Below are positions 56,182-64,000 of a stretch of 64,000 nucleotides of DNA, piece by piece. Positions within the stretch are counted from its first letter, which is position 1, and the number at the start of each line of letters is the position of its first letter. The stretch covers positions 37,301 through 101,300 of the forward strand of contig JADLAK010000012.1 of NCBI GenBank assembly GCA_020848275.1, written 5' to 3'. The notes beneath the pieces are model-generated. The model ran no database searches. It was not told where the DNA came from and saw nothing but the letters and a program-made list of their open reading frames with translations. Position numbers and translations under genes: made by a program. This DNA comes from Planctomycetota bacterium (GTDB lineage: Bacteria; Planctomycetota; UBA8742; UBA2392).

Positions 56182-57935
56182 GCCATAAGCCGCGCAACTT
56201 GGTCGCGAACCTCTTCCGGACGATCGAACCAGTACTCTTCGAGTAGGGGTTTGATTTCGTGCTGCACGACATCTTTGAACCAGAACTGATCGAGCGGATT
56301 GTCTTCCAGATTTTCACCGGGCATCGCGCAAAAGTAACTATGACCGATTTGGTATCCATGTCCGAGGCTTCGGGTATCGGCAGCGATTGTCCGATTCAAG
56401 GTGGTCATGCGTTCTACGATTCGTTTCACCAAGTCGGGCTCTGCGCCTCGCGACTCAAGGTGCTGGCGAAAACGTGCTGAAGTGAATGAGGGTTCCAGTG
56501 TGAAAAAAAGAAAACGCCGACGCAAAGCGTAATCGATCATCGCAAGCGATCTATCGGCGGTGTTCATCAGCCCGATCAGGCATAGGTTTTCAGGGACGAA
56601 AAACGCTTCGCCATCGACCGAGTAGGTTAGCGGTATTGCGTGGTCGGCGCCGCGCTTGTCCGGCTCTATCAACAGCATGAGCTCGCCGAAGATCTTAGAC
56701 ACATTGCCACGGTTGATTTCATCGATGATGAAGACGTATTGCCGAGTTGGTTCGGCGGTCGCCTTGCGGCAGAAGCGGTGAAAGACGCCGTCCTGCAGTG
56801 CAAACCGGCCATCATTCGTGGGGCGATAGCCTTGGACGAAATCCTCGTAGGCATAGGACGGATGGAACTGCACGGCTTGCACGCGGCTTGGATCCTGGAC
56901 GCCAAGATGGGCGTATGCAAGACGCCGTGCGGCAAATGACTTTCCCACACCCGGCGGCCCTTGGAGAATCACGTTCTTTTTCCGCTTGAGCCCTCCAGCA
57001 ATCGCGTAGAGAACGCTGTCGTCGACGAACAACTCCTCGATGACGTGATTGAGATCGTAGCGTCGGGTTGCAGGAGTCTCCGGTGTTGCAGCAGCTGCGG
57101 GTTGAGTGGAGGGCGACGCGGATTTCCCTGCTGGCTCGGATTCCTCCTTGTCAACAATCCATCGTTGGCGCAGCGGCGGCCCGTAGAAGTCGAGTACCTG
57201 CGAAGGGTATTCGGACTGAAGTTTCTGCCGCAGGTTGAAAAGGGCGTCATCGAGAGACTTGTCATCATTACTTCCAGGTGCGGCGCCGAATCCTTCCAGG
57301 GCTCGCCACTTTTCACCCGTCGAACACATTCGCTCCACCCGATCGGGAAGCGCGAAGTAACGCAACATGTGTCGGAATTGGCGATTCTCCTCCCTGCGCA
57401 CTCGGTCGATCAGGTTCGTGAGCCGGTCGTAGTCGCCAATCACGCTTTGTCGGTTGGAGGGGAACTTGTTTTTGAATTCGGCCATCAGGTTGATCAGAAA
57501 TCTCATTTCGAGCCAGAAGTTGTTGTTGTAACCCTGGCCGCCCGAGCCGATGCCCCGCAGCACCTCTTCTGTCACTAGCGGATGATTGGCGGGAAAAGGC
57601 AACCCGGACAACTCCCATGTTTCCCGTATGGGCCGGAGCTTGGTGGATGCCTTGAGATTTGAAGGGAACAGCTTGGCTGCCCAAAGCATCTCCGCGGCAA
57701 GCTGCTGGGCTGCGGGTGAAACGTGTTTCAACTGGCGCTGGAATTTTTCGTCGAAGGACCCTTCGCCTTCATCCGGCATTTCGACGAACGCTTTCCTCAG
57801 CTCTTCGATGTTTGCTGGAGTCCACAACGATTGTTCTGAGAAGATCGAACCGTCTCCGATTAGGCATCGGTCAATCCAGGATTTTGCGGCGTTGAGGATT
57901 GGGCTGAAATCACGATCGACTGATAGGCGGGCCAT
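56178..57935 (-). CDS. mcrB: McrB-like AAA+ GTPase subunit (585 aa) with a non-canonical N-terminal domain of about 300 aa.
   Basis: Walker A ILQGPPGVGKSF. McrB signature FIIDEINRGNVSKIFGEL. MNTADRS arginine finger region. The N-terminal domain is unrelated to the E. coli McrB DNA-binding domain. Confidence 0.8.
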   Translation of the reverse strand: MARLSVDRDFSPILNAAKSWIDRCLIGDGSIFSEQSLWTPANIEELRKAFVEMPDEGEGSFDEKFQRQLKHVSPAAQQLAAEMLWAAKLFPSNLKASTKLRPIRETWELSGLPFPANHPLVTEEVLRGIGSGGQGYNNNFWLEMRFLINLMAEFKNKFPSNRQSVIGDYDRLTNLIDRVRREENRQFRHMLRYFALPDRVERMCSTGEKWRALEGFGAAPGSNDDKSLDDALFNLRQKLQSEYPSQVLDFYGPPLRQRWIVDKEESEPAGKSASPSTQPAAAATPETPATRRYDLNHVIEELFVDDSVLYAIAGGLKRKKNVILQGPPGVGKSFAARRLAYAHLGVQDPSRVQAVQFHPSYAYEDFVQGYRPTNDGRFALQDGVFHRFCRKATAEPTRQYVFIIDEINRGNVSKIFGELMLLIEPDKRGADHAIPLTYSVDGEAFFVPENLCLIGLMNTADRSLAMIDYALRRRFLFFTLEPSFTSARFRQHLESRGAEPDLVKRIVERMTTLNRTIAADTRSLGHGYQIGHSYFCAMPGENLEDNPLDQFWFKDVVQHEIKPLLEEYWFDRPEEVRDQVARLMA

Positions 57936-58020
57936 GGCAATCTCCGGGAAACGTCTGGCAGGATCATATCCTGTGCTGCGACACCTCCGGTCGCAGAATC
58001 AACCGAATCGATTTACCTCA

Positions 58021-58041
58021 CTGGCAGAAGAGCTTGCCCGG
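58021..58041 (+). repeat. Right copy of the 21-bp direct repeat flanking the McrBC cassette.
   Basis: CTGGCAGAAGAGCTTGCCCGG followed by TAG. It duplicates the 3' end of the gene at 54394..55137. Confidence 0.8.
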
Positions 58042-58105
58042 TAGGTTTCATTGACTTGCGGTATATTTGGACTAACCTTGTCGGACTTATTTTCGCGAGG
58101 CGTTC

Positions 58106-59518
58106 ATGGCCGTACCGCTGTCACAGATGTGGACCGTCGCCAGCTACGTCATCGGCCAGAAGCTGCGGGGCAACAAGCATTACCCGCTGGTGCTGATGCT
58201 CGAGCCCCTGTACCGCTGCAACCTGGCCTGCGCCGGCTGCGGCAAGATCCAGTATCCCGCGCACATCCTGAAACAGGAAATGGACGTCGATGTCGCCATG
58301 CGCGCCGTCGACGAGTGCGGCGCGCCGATGGTCAGCATCCCCGGCGGCGAGCCCCTGATGCACACCAAGATTGGCCAGATCGTCGAAGGTCTCGTCAAGC
58401 GCAAGAAGTACATCTACCTGTGCACCAACGCTCTCCTTCTAAAGCAGCGTCTCCAGGAAGGCGTTTTAAAACCCAGCAAGTACCTGACGATCAACGTCCA
58501 CATGGACGGCGACGAAGAAGCCCACGATTTCGCGGTCTGCCGCGAAGGCACGTACAAGGTCGCCGAAGAAGCGATCCAGTTGGCGATCAAGATGGGTTTC
58601 AGGGTCACGACGAATTCCACCATCTTCAAACAGGCTGACACCGAGCACATGCGCAAGTTCTTCGACCGCATGATGGAAATCGGCTGCGAGGGCATCACCG
58701 TCAGCCCCGGCTACAACTACCAGAAGGCGCCCGACCAGGAGAGCTTCCTGCGCGAACGCCAGAGCACCACCGAACTTTTCAGGGCGTTCTTCAAGAAGGC
58801 GCCCAGGCGCTGGAAGTTCAACCTCAGCCCGCTGTTCATGGAATTCCTCATGGGCAAGCGCCATCTCGAGTGCACGCCCTGGGGCTGCCCCGCGTATTCC
58901 ATCTTCGGCTGGCAGCGCCCCTGCTACCTGTTGCAGGAAGGCTACGCCAAGACCTTCAAGGAACTTATTGCCGAGACGAAGTGGGAAAATTACGGCCGCG
59001 CGTCCGGCAACGCCAAATGCCAGAGCTGCATGGTGCATTGCGGCCACGAGCCCAGCGCCGTCAACGCGACGTTTTCCAGCATCGGCGGCTTCTTTGCGAC
59101 GGCCAAGGCGACGCTGTTCGGCGTCGACAGCGACAAGGGCCGCAACGTCACGCCGCCCGCGGTTACGCGCAACGTGGTCACCGGCGTTGATGCAAGCTGC
59201 ACCGACGAAATCACGCGCCAGTTGATGGAAGCCGTCGACTTCCGCGGCGACGTCACGATCACGACCATCGATGGCGCCAAGCAGGCCGGCTACATCTTCA
59301 ACTACGACGAGCAGTCGGTCGAATTCTTCCCCAGCGGACGGCCCGACGTCGTGACGCTCAGCCGCAAGCTCGTGGCCAAGATCGAAAAGACCGGCCGCGA
59401 CACCGCCGACGGCAAGAGCTACGAGGCGTGGCTGAAAAAGTACAACGAGCGCAAAGAAAAACTCGCGCGCGGCGAACAAGCCGAAAGCGTCGACCTGTTC
59501 CCGGAAGTCCTGTCGTAG
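58106..59518 (+). CDS. hpnH: Adenosylhopane synthase HpnH (radical SAM), with a C-terminal extension of about 90 aa.
   Basis: N-terminus VASYVIGQKLRGNKHYPLVLMLEPLYRCNLACAGCGKIQYP is typical of HpnH and includes the CxxxCxxC cluster. 470 aa, versus about 380 aa typical. Confidence 0.85.
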   Translation: MAVPLSQMWTVASYVIGQKLRGNKHYPLVLMLEPLYRCNLACAGCGKIQYPAHILKQEMDVDVAMRAVDECGAPMVSIPGGEPLMHTKIGQIVEGLVKRKKYIYLCTNALLLKQRLQEGVLKPSKYLTINVHMDGDEEAHDFAVCREGTYKVAEEAIQLAIKMGFRVTTNSTIFKQADTEHMRKFFDRMMEIGCEGITVSPGYNYQKAPDQESFLRERQSTTELFRAFFKKAPRRWKFNLSPLFMEFLMGKRHLECTPWGCPAYSIFGWQRPCYLLQEGYAKTFKELIAETKWENYGRASGNAKCQSCMVHCGHEPSAVNATFSSIGGFFATAKATLFGVDSDKGRNVTPPAVTRNVVTGVDASCTDEITRQLMEAVDFRGDVTITTIDGAKQAGYIFNYDEQSVEFFPSGRPDVVTLSRKLVAKIEKTGRDTADGKSYEAWLKKYNERKEKLARGEQAESVDLFPEVLS

Positions 59519-59529
59519 CAGGAAACCAG

Positions 59530-59611
59530 CCCCGGCCGGCAGGCCGGGGGATTAATCACGGACGTTCTTCTGATCAGCTTCCCCCGCCCTGCCGGGCGGG
59601 GCTGTTTTTAT
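59530..59611. terminator. Two adjacent GC-rich hairpins between convergent genes, likely a bidirectional terminator. Hairpin 2 is followed by TGTTTTTATT on the plus strand.
   Basis: CCCCGGCC-ggca-GGCCGGGG at 59530-59549. CCCCGCCC-tgcc-GGGCGGGG at 59582-59604, followed by a T-run. Confidence 0.55.
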
Positions 59612-62442
59612 TCATCCCAGCTTGTTTTCAGCGTGTTGTCCGAGGCGATCTCCACCCACAAGCCATCTTTGGTGAAGCGGATGCGGAAGCCGTCGTCCGA
59701 GGGAATGATCTCGATGGCTTCGGCGTCGACGCTGCCAAAGCCGCCCTCGCGCGCGGTGGTTTTCAGCCGAGCCTGGAGTTCGGCGTCGGCCTTTTCGCCG
59801 TAATCAGCGCCGCGGAAGGCCGCTTCGCTGTAGCTCTTGATGTCGCCGTTCTTTTTCAGCTCAAGGATGCGGTCGGCGACTTCGCACACGCCATAAAGCT
59901 GCTGGCAAACCTCGATGCGCTGGCGCCATTCCGGCGACGGCGGATCAGCGGGCGTCGGCACTTCCACCAGGCGCTCGCCGCGGCCGTTGGCCAGCCGCAG
60001 GGCGTTGAACTGGTCGTCGGTCAGGTACGCAGTCTGGTACCCGCCGTCGGCATGCAGCAGCGCGAGGCGGCCCTTGCGCGCCCACGAGCCGTGCTGGGCG
60101 CAGACCATCCAGACATCGTACTGGATTCCGCGCCCGCCACGACCGCCGCCTCCAATTCCAATAGAACGTCCCGCCGGCGGCTCCTCCGGCGGTGGCTCGA
60201 TGTCTTTGGTCGAGATATCCGGCGGCACGCCAAACCACGCGTAGCCGCACTCCGCAAGCGAAGCGTCTTCGGGCCTGGCGTCGGCCCTGGGCCCAAGTTC
60301 GCCGCCGCGTTTGGCAAGCATGGCCTGGAACCGATCGGCGAGCAGCGGGTCAAAGGCGCTGCGCAAGCCGTCATAAGGCTTGAGGTGGCCGTCTTTCTCG
60401 AGGCTTTCGAGCGTGACTTCGGCCAGCGCCTTCTTGAGTTCATCCGGTTTCAACTGCGAAAGTTTCGGGCGCACGGCCTGCAGCCACGCGTCGCAGGCGC
60501 GGCGCATTTCGGACAACACGGCGTCGTCGTGGCGCCTGGCGCGGTCGAATTCGGCTTCACTCGCGATTTCGTCCAGCAGTGTGCGCAGGTTCAGGTCGCC
60601 GCTGAGCGTGCCGTGCAGGCCCAGGCTCTGCGTCTGTTCGTCGGTCGAAACGGTCAGCCGCAGGCCCGAACGCAGCAGCTTGCGCACATTGAGCTGGAAT
60701 CCGGGCACGCGCAGCGGCTGATTGTCCCAGGACCTGCGCCCCTCCTGCGACAGCGCCAGCACTTCCATCAGGTCCATGTAAAACACCTTGCTGCCGGGAT
60801 GTTCGGCGTTGGGAATGCGCGCGTGCGGCAGCGCGCCGTTGCCCGCCGAGGCCGCCAGCACGCGCACCGCGACGTCTTCGCAGCCCGCAAAGCCAAGAAT
60901 ACCGTCGCCGATGAACACGCACTGCGATTGCCAGCCGCCGCGCATGCACAGGATGTCGCCGCCCTGCACGTGGCGCGTGACCCACCATTGGCGCTGGATG
61001 TGGTCCGGTGAACGGCCCTGCTGCTCCATTTTCTGGATAAACGCGAGGATCTTGTCTTTCAGGTCCGTCACGTCAGTGCGCGTCTGCACCGCCGCAAACA
61101 TGCAGTAGTTGGAGTCCATGCCGCCAAGTGATGCGCCGGGCAGCATGATGTTGCCGACGGCGAGTTCGCCGCCCAGCGGCGCCAGCACCTGGTCGAGGTC
61201 CAGCTCCATGCCCTTAAGGCTTTCAAGCAGGCCGTCCATCGTGCGCTCCGAGCCCGAGATGTCGGTGATGCCCGCGGCAAGCCGGCTTTCCTTGCTTGGC
61301 TCAAAGGGGCGTGACTTGCTGTCCTCCAGCCGCTTCTGCGCGGCGTCGAGTTGCGCCTGCATCGCCTTCTTTTCGGTCTCGAGTTTTTCGCGTTCGTCCT
61401 TGGCGTCGTCCTTGAGCCCCGCGATGGATTTGTCGATCTCGTCGATGCGGCGCTTGCAACGTTCGATTTCTCCCTCGCATTCGCGAGCGACGCGGCCGAG
61501 TTCCTGGTCGTGGAAGAACGAAAGCGTGTCGATCAGCGTCTTCTTGTGGTCGTTGCCGAGCTGCGCCATCGCCATCATCACGATTTCGCGCGGCAGGCGC
61601 CGGTGCAGCGAAAAGCTGCCCGCGGGCTTCATCATGAACCCGAGCGAGCCCCAGGGCTCGGTCAGGATCATCTGCGCGCTGAGGTGGACCTGGCTATCAG
61701 TGCGGCCGGGAAATTCGCCGTAAATCGAGAGGTAATCCCAGCGGTGCCATTCGAGGGCTTCGAGCACCTCAAGCGGCTTGCTTGCGGCGTCGCGGCCCAG
61801 GCGGTCAAGCGCCGAGCGAAACGCGCGCATGTCCGCGAACATCACGAGTTCGCCCTTGGCGCTCTTGGACCAACCCTGGAAGCGTTTGGTCTCGCTCAGG
61901 CTTTCGTCGACGCGGCCCTCACGCACGTCGTTGACGTGCTGCATCAGCGCGGGCGTGGTCGTCACCGCCATCATGCCGGGAAACAGCGAGAGGCAGAACA
62001 TGTCGGATGTGACGTTCGTGGGCGTTGCCTTGCTCTTGTCGCCCATCTTGGCCGCGAACTCGACGAAGTCTTTGCTGAATTCCTTGGGCGCGTTGTCGGC
62101 CAGGTCGATGATGATGACCAATTGCGCGTGGGGCGCGCGCACCATCACGTCGGCGACGCCGATTTCGGTCTTGCGCGCGTGGCGCGCAAAGCGCATGAAC
62201 TCGGCAAACACCAGGCCGCCACGCTTTTTGTAGTCCTCTTCGGGCGCCGTCGCAAGCCAACGCGCCAGCGGAACCTCGAAGTCATCGCCCGCCATCTTGG
62301 TCAGCGCCGCGCCGAGGTTTTCGATGCGAACGTACGCCAGCGAATTGCGCGGGGCGTAGTCGCCAGGCTGGCGTTCGCGGGCCAATAGCGGCGTCGCCGC
62401 AATCACGGCGAGGGCGAGGGTGAACGCGAGGCGGGTCTTCAT
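59608..62442 (-). CDS. Large secreted hypothetical protein (944 aa) with a central coiled-coil region.
   Basis: Signal peptide MKTRLAFTLALAVIAATPLLA. K/E-rich coiled coil (ERCKRRIDEIDKSIAGLKDDAKDEREKLETEKKAMQAQLDAAQKRLED). Non-artefactual composition. Confidence 0.55.
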   Translation of the reverse strand: MKTRLAFTLALAVIAATPLLARERQPGDYAPRNSLAYVRIENLGAALTKMAGDDFEVPLARWLATAPEEDYKKRGGLVFAEFMRFARHARKTEIGVADVMVRAPHAQLVIIIDLADNAPKEFSKDFVEFAAKMGDKSKATPTNVTSDMFCLSLFPGMMAVTTTPALMQHVNDVREGRVDESLSETKRFQGWSKSAKGELVMFADMRAFRSALDRLGRDAASKPLEVLEALEWHRWDYLSIYGEFPGRTDSQVHLSAQMILTEPWGSLGFMMKPAGSFSLHRRLPREIVMMAMAQLGNDHKKTLIDTLSFFHDQELGRVARECEGEIERCKRRIDEIDKSIAGLKDDAKDEREKLETEKKAMQAQLDAAQKRLEDSKSRPFEPSKESRLAAGITDISGSERTMDGLLESLKGMELDLDQVLAPLGGELAVGNIMLPGASLGGMDSNYCMFAAVQTRTDVTDLKDKILAFIQKMEQQGRSPDHIQRQWWVTRHVQGGDILCMRGGWQSQCVFIGDGILGFAGCEDVAVRVLAASAGNGALPHARIPNAEHPGSKVFYMDLMEVLALSQEGRRSWDNQPLRVPGFQLNVRKLLRSGLRLTVSTDEQTQSLGLHGTLSGDLNLRTLLDEIASEAEFDRARRHDDAVLSEMRRACDAWLQAVRPKLSQLKPDELKKALAEVTLESLEKDGHLKPYDGLRSAFDPLLADRFQAMLAKRGGELGPRADARPEDASLAECGYAWFGVPPDISTKDIEPPPEEPPAGRSIGIGGGGRGGRGIQYDVWMVCAQHGSWARKGRLALLHADGGYQTAYLTDDQFNALRLANGRGERLVEVPTPADPPSPEWRQRIEVCQQLYGVCEVADRILELKKNGDIKSYSEAAFRGADYGEKADAELQARLKTTAREGGFGSVDAEAIEIIPSDDGFRIRFTKDGLWVEIASDNTLKTSWDE

Positions 62443-62565
62443 AGTGGGCTCCGGTCGTCTGGACTAGAACGTGCGGCGGTTGCGAGAAGATGCATGAAAT
62501 CACATCGGTTCGCGTTTCCAAAATGATTATCGTTTTGTAGGGCCTGCGAAAAACGGGCGTGACAA

Positions 62566-64000
62566 TTACTTGGGCGCGGGCGCCGCGGCGCGGAAGCCGC
62601 GGTCAAACGCGCCGCTTTGCGGCAGGCGGCGCTGGCGCACAAAGGTGCGCAGGTCGCCGGTGTCGGCATCGGTCATGCCGGGCATCTTGAGTTCGGTGGG
62701 TTTGGCCGAACGGAAGGAGCCGCCGCGCGTCACGCGACGGTCGCCGTCAGCAGGCTTGTCGGTAACCTTCGGGTCCTGCTGTTCGCCCTTGCCGTAGGTC
62801 GTCACGGCATACCAGTCGGCGCACCACTCCTCGACGTTGCCGGCCATGTTGAAGACGCCAAAAGGCGAGAAGCCTTCCTTCTTGCAGGTGTCGACCACCA
62901 GCGCCTCGGTCTCCAGCCCGCTGCTGCGGTAATGGGCGCGGTCGGCGCCGATGGATTCGTCGTTGCCCCAAGGATATGCGCGACCGTCGGCGCCGCGCGC
63001 GGCGTACTCCCATTGCGCTTCGCTGGGCAGGCTGCCGTCGGCGTCGGCCCACTGGCAGTACTCCTGCGCGCCCTGCCAGGTCACGCCGACAACGGCGCGG
63101 CGTTCGGCCCCGGCCATTGGCATCCACTGGCCGCCCGCGAACTCGATGCAGAAACGACCGCCCTTGGCATCGCCTTTTTCGGCGCCCTCGGAATAGACCT
63201 TGGCGGCTTCCGGGTCCGACGTCACGAACAACTTGCGCGCGGCGTCCTCGGTGATTTTCCTGTCGTTGAGGAACTTGCAGTATTGTTCGTTGGTGGTCTC
63301 ATACTTCGCGATCAGGTAGGTCGACAGCTTGCACTTGCGCTGCTGCGCATCGACAAGCTTCGCGTCGGTCGTTCCCTGCATGAACACCCCCGCGGGGATT
63401 TCAACCATCACCATGCCGTCCTTCAGGCGCTGGAACTCGCGGTAGCCCTGCCCGTTTTTGGCCAGTTCGCGATAACGCAGCTCCTTCACGGCGTACTTCA
63501 GCTCGGCGGTCGAAACCCGGTTGGCAAAATCTTGCGCGACCAGCGATACCGTAAGGTCGCCAAACGCGGTGGCTTCCGCATCAACAGAAAAGCTGCCGTC
63601 CACGCCGACAATGACCTTCGCGCCGCCGCAAGTCAGCTTGGCGTCGGGATCATCGAGTTTGCCCGAGACGCGCACGCGCGCGGGCAGCTTCTCAAACCTG
63701 AAAGTTTCACCGACGGTGGGCTTCAATTCCGAGAAGTCTGGAGCATGGAGATCCACGATGACTTCGCGCTTGACTGTCACGGGACGGCCGATGCGCCCTT
63801 TGGCCTGAATCTCAATGACATGGCTGCCTTCCTCAAGTTCGGCCTCAAGGACGAAGACGCCGTTCTGGTCAATCTTGAGGGGAGTTCCGTTGTAGGTCAG
63901 CGTCAGCCCGCGGCGCTGCTTTCCCACTTTTCCTTCCAGCCTCAGCTTCTTGCTCGACACACGCAGGGTCTTGTCCGGGTTGAGCCCGCCCCAATCGACC
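62566..64000 (-). CDS. Protein with a formylglycine-generating-enzyme (FGE/SUMF1)-family domain and an N-terminal Ig-like domain. Probably 5'-truncated by the window end.
   Basis: C-terminal FGE-sulfatase blocks (GVFNMAGNVEEWCADWY ... RVTRGGSF). The reading frame remains open beyond the GTG at 63960 to the window edge. Confidence 0.7.
   Translation of the reverse strand, partial: VDWGGLNPDKTLRVSSKKLRLEGKVGKQRRGLTLTYNGTPLKIDQNGVFVLEAELEEGSHVIEIQAKGRIGRPVTVKREVIVDLHAPDFSELKPTVGETFRFEKLPARVRVSGKLDDPDAKLTCGGAKVIVGVDGSFSVDAEATAFGDLTVSLVAQDFANRVSTAELKYAVKELRYRELAKNGQGYREFQRLKDGMVMVEIPAGVFMQGTTDAKLVDAQQRKCKLSTYLIAKYETTNEQYCKFLNDRKITEDAARKLFVTSDPEAAKVYSEGAEKGDAKGGRFCIEFAGGQWMPMAGAERRAVVGVTWQGAQEYCQWADADGSLPSEAQWEYAARGADGRAYPWGNDESIGADRAHYRSSGLETEALVVDTCKKEGFSPFGVFNMAGNVEEWCADWYAVTTYGKGEQQDPKVTDKPADGDRRVTRGGSFRSAKPTELKMPGMTDADTGDLRTFVRQRRLPQSGAFDRGFRAAAPAPK

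Noticed and set aside
58466-59479. 337-aa minus-strand ORF opposite hpnH
   Set aside because: Antisense to a radical SAM gene with clear CxxxCxxC and HpnH N-terminal signature.
59428-62388. Plus-strand ORFs 59428..61011 (527 aa) and 61351..62388 (345 aa) opposite the 944-aa secreted protein gene
   Set aside because: R/A/G/V-rich artefacts. The minus-strand frame has signal peptide, coiled coil and balanced composition.

Overview
High-GC (roughly 65-68%) bacterial chromosome segment, probably from the Planctomycetota/PVC group (PSCyt1 cytochrome domain, prepilin-like proteins, HpnH, LpxC-FabZ fusion). Gene density is high and most long ORFs on the opposite strand are frame artefacts. The window opens inside a T6SS ClpV/TssH gene. 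It is followed by a VgrG spike-cargo module on the plus strand: VgrG, a DUF2169-like::pentapeptide-repeat fusion, a second large pentapeptide-repeat protein, a DUF3540-like protein and a small PAAR-like DUF4150-like protein. These are translationally coupled and no toxin or immunity gene is recognisable. Housekeeping genes follow (acs, cupin, orn, pckA, ridA, dgt, mcsA-mcsB, marR, mogA, skp-like, lpxD, lpxC/fabZ, hpnH). Two low-GC accessory islets interrupt them. The first (about 11.63-14.65 kb, next to tRNA-Leu(TAG)) carries an ImmA/IrrE-like metallopeptidase and a 794-aa HsdR_N-like nuclease / NACHT-like P-loop NTPase fusion. The second (55.13-58.02 kb) is an McrBC cassette flanked by 21-bp direct repeats that duplicate the 3' end of the upstream gene. 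A minus-strand cluster (30.3-40.2 kb) encodes a double-FHA protein, a PilM/PilN fusion, a PilO-like protein, a TPR protein and a pseudopilin, next to a HAMP adenylate cyclase. Two tRNAs (Leu-TAG, Gln-CTG), several intrinsic terminators and two symmetric arrays of CACGRA half-sites at helical spacing were found by eye. No CRISPR array, transposase or integrase was seen.
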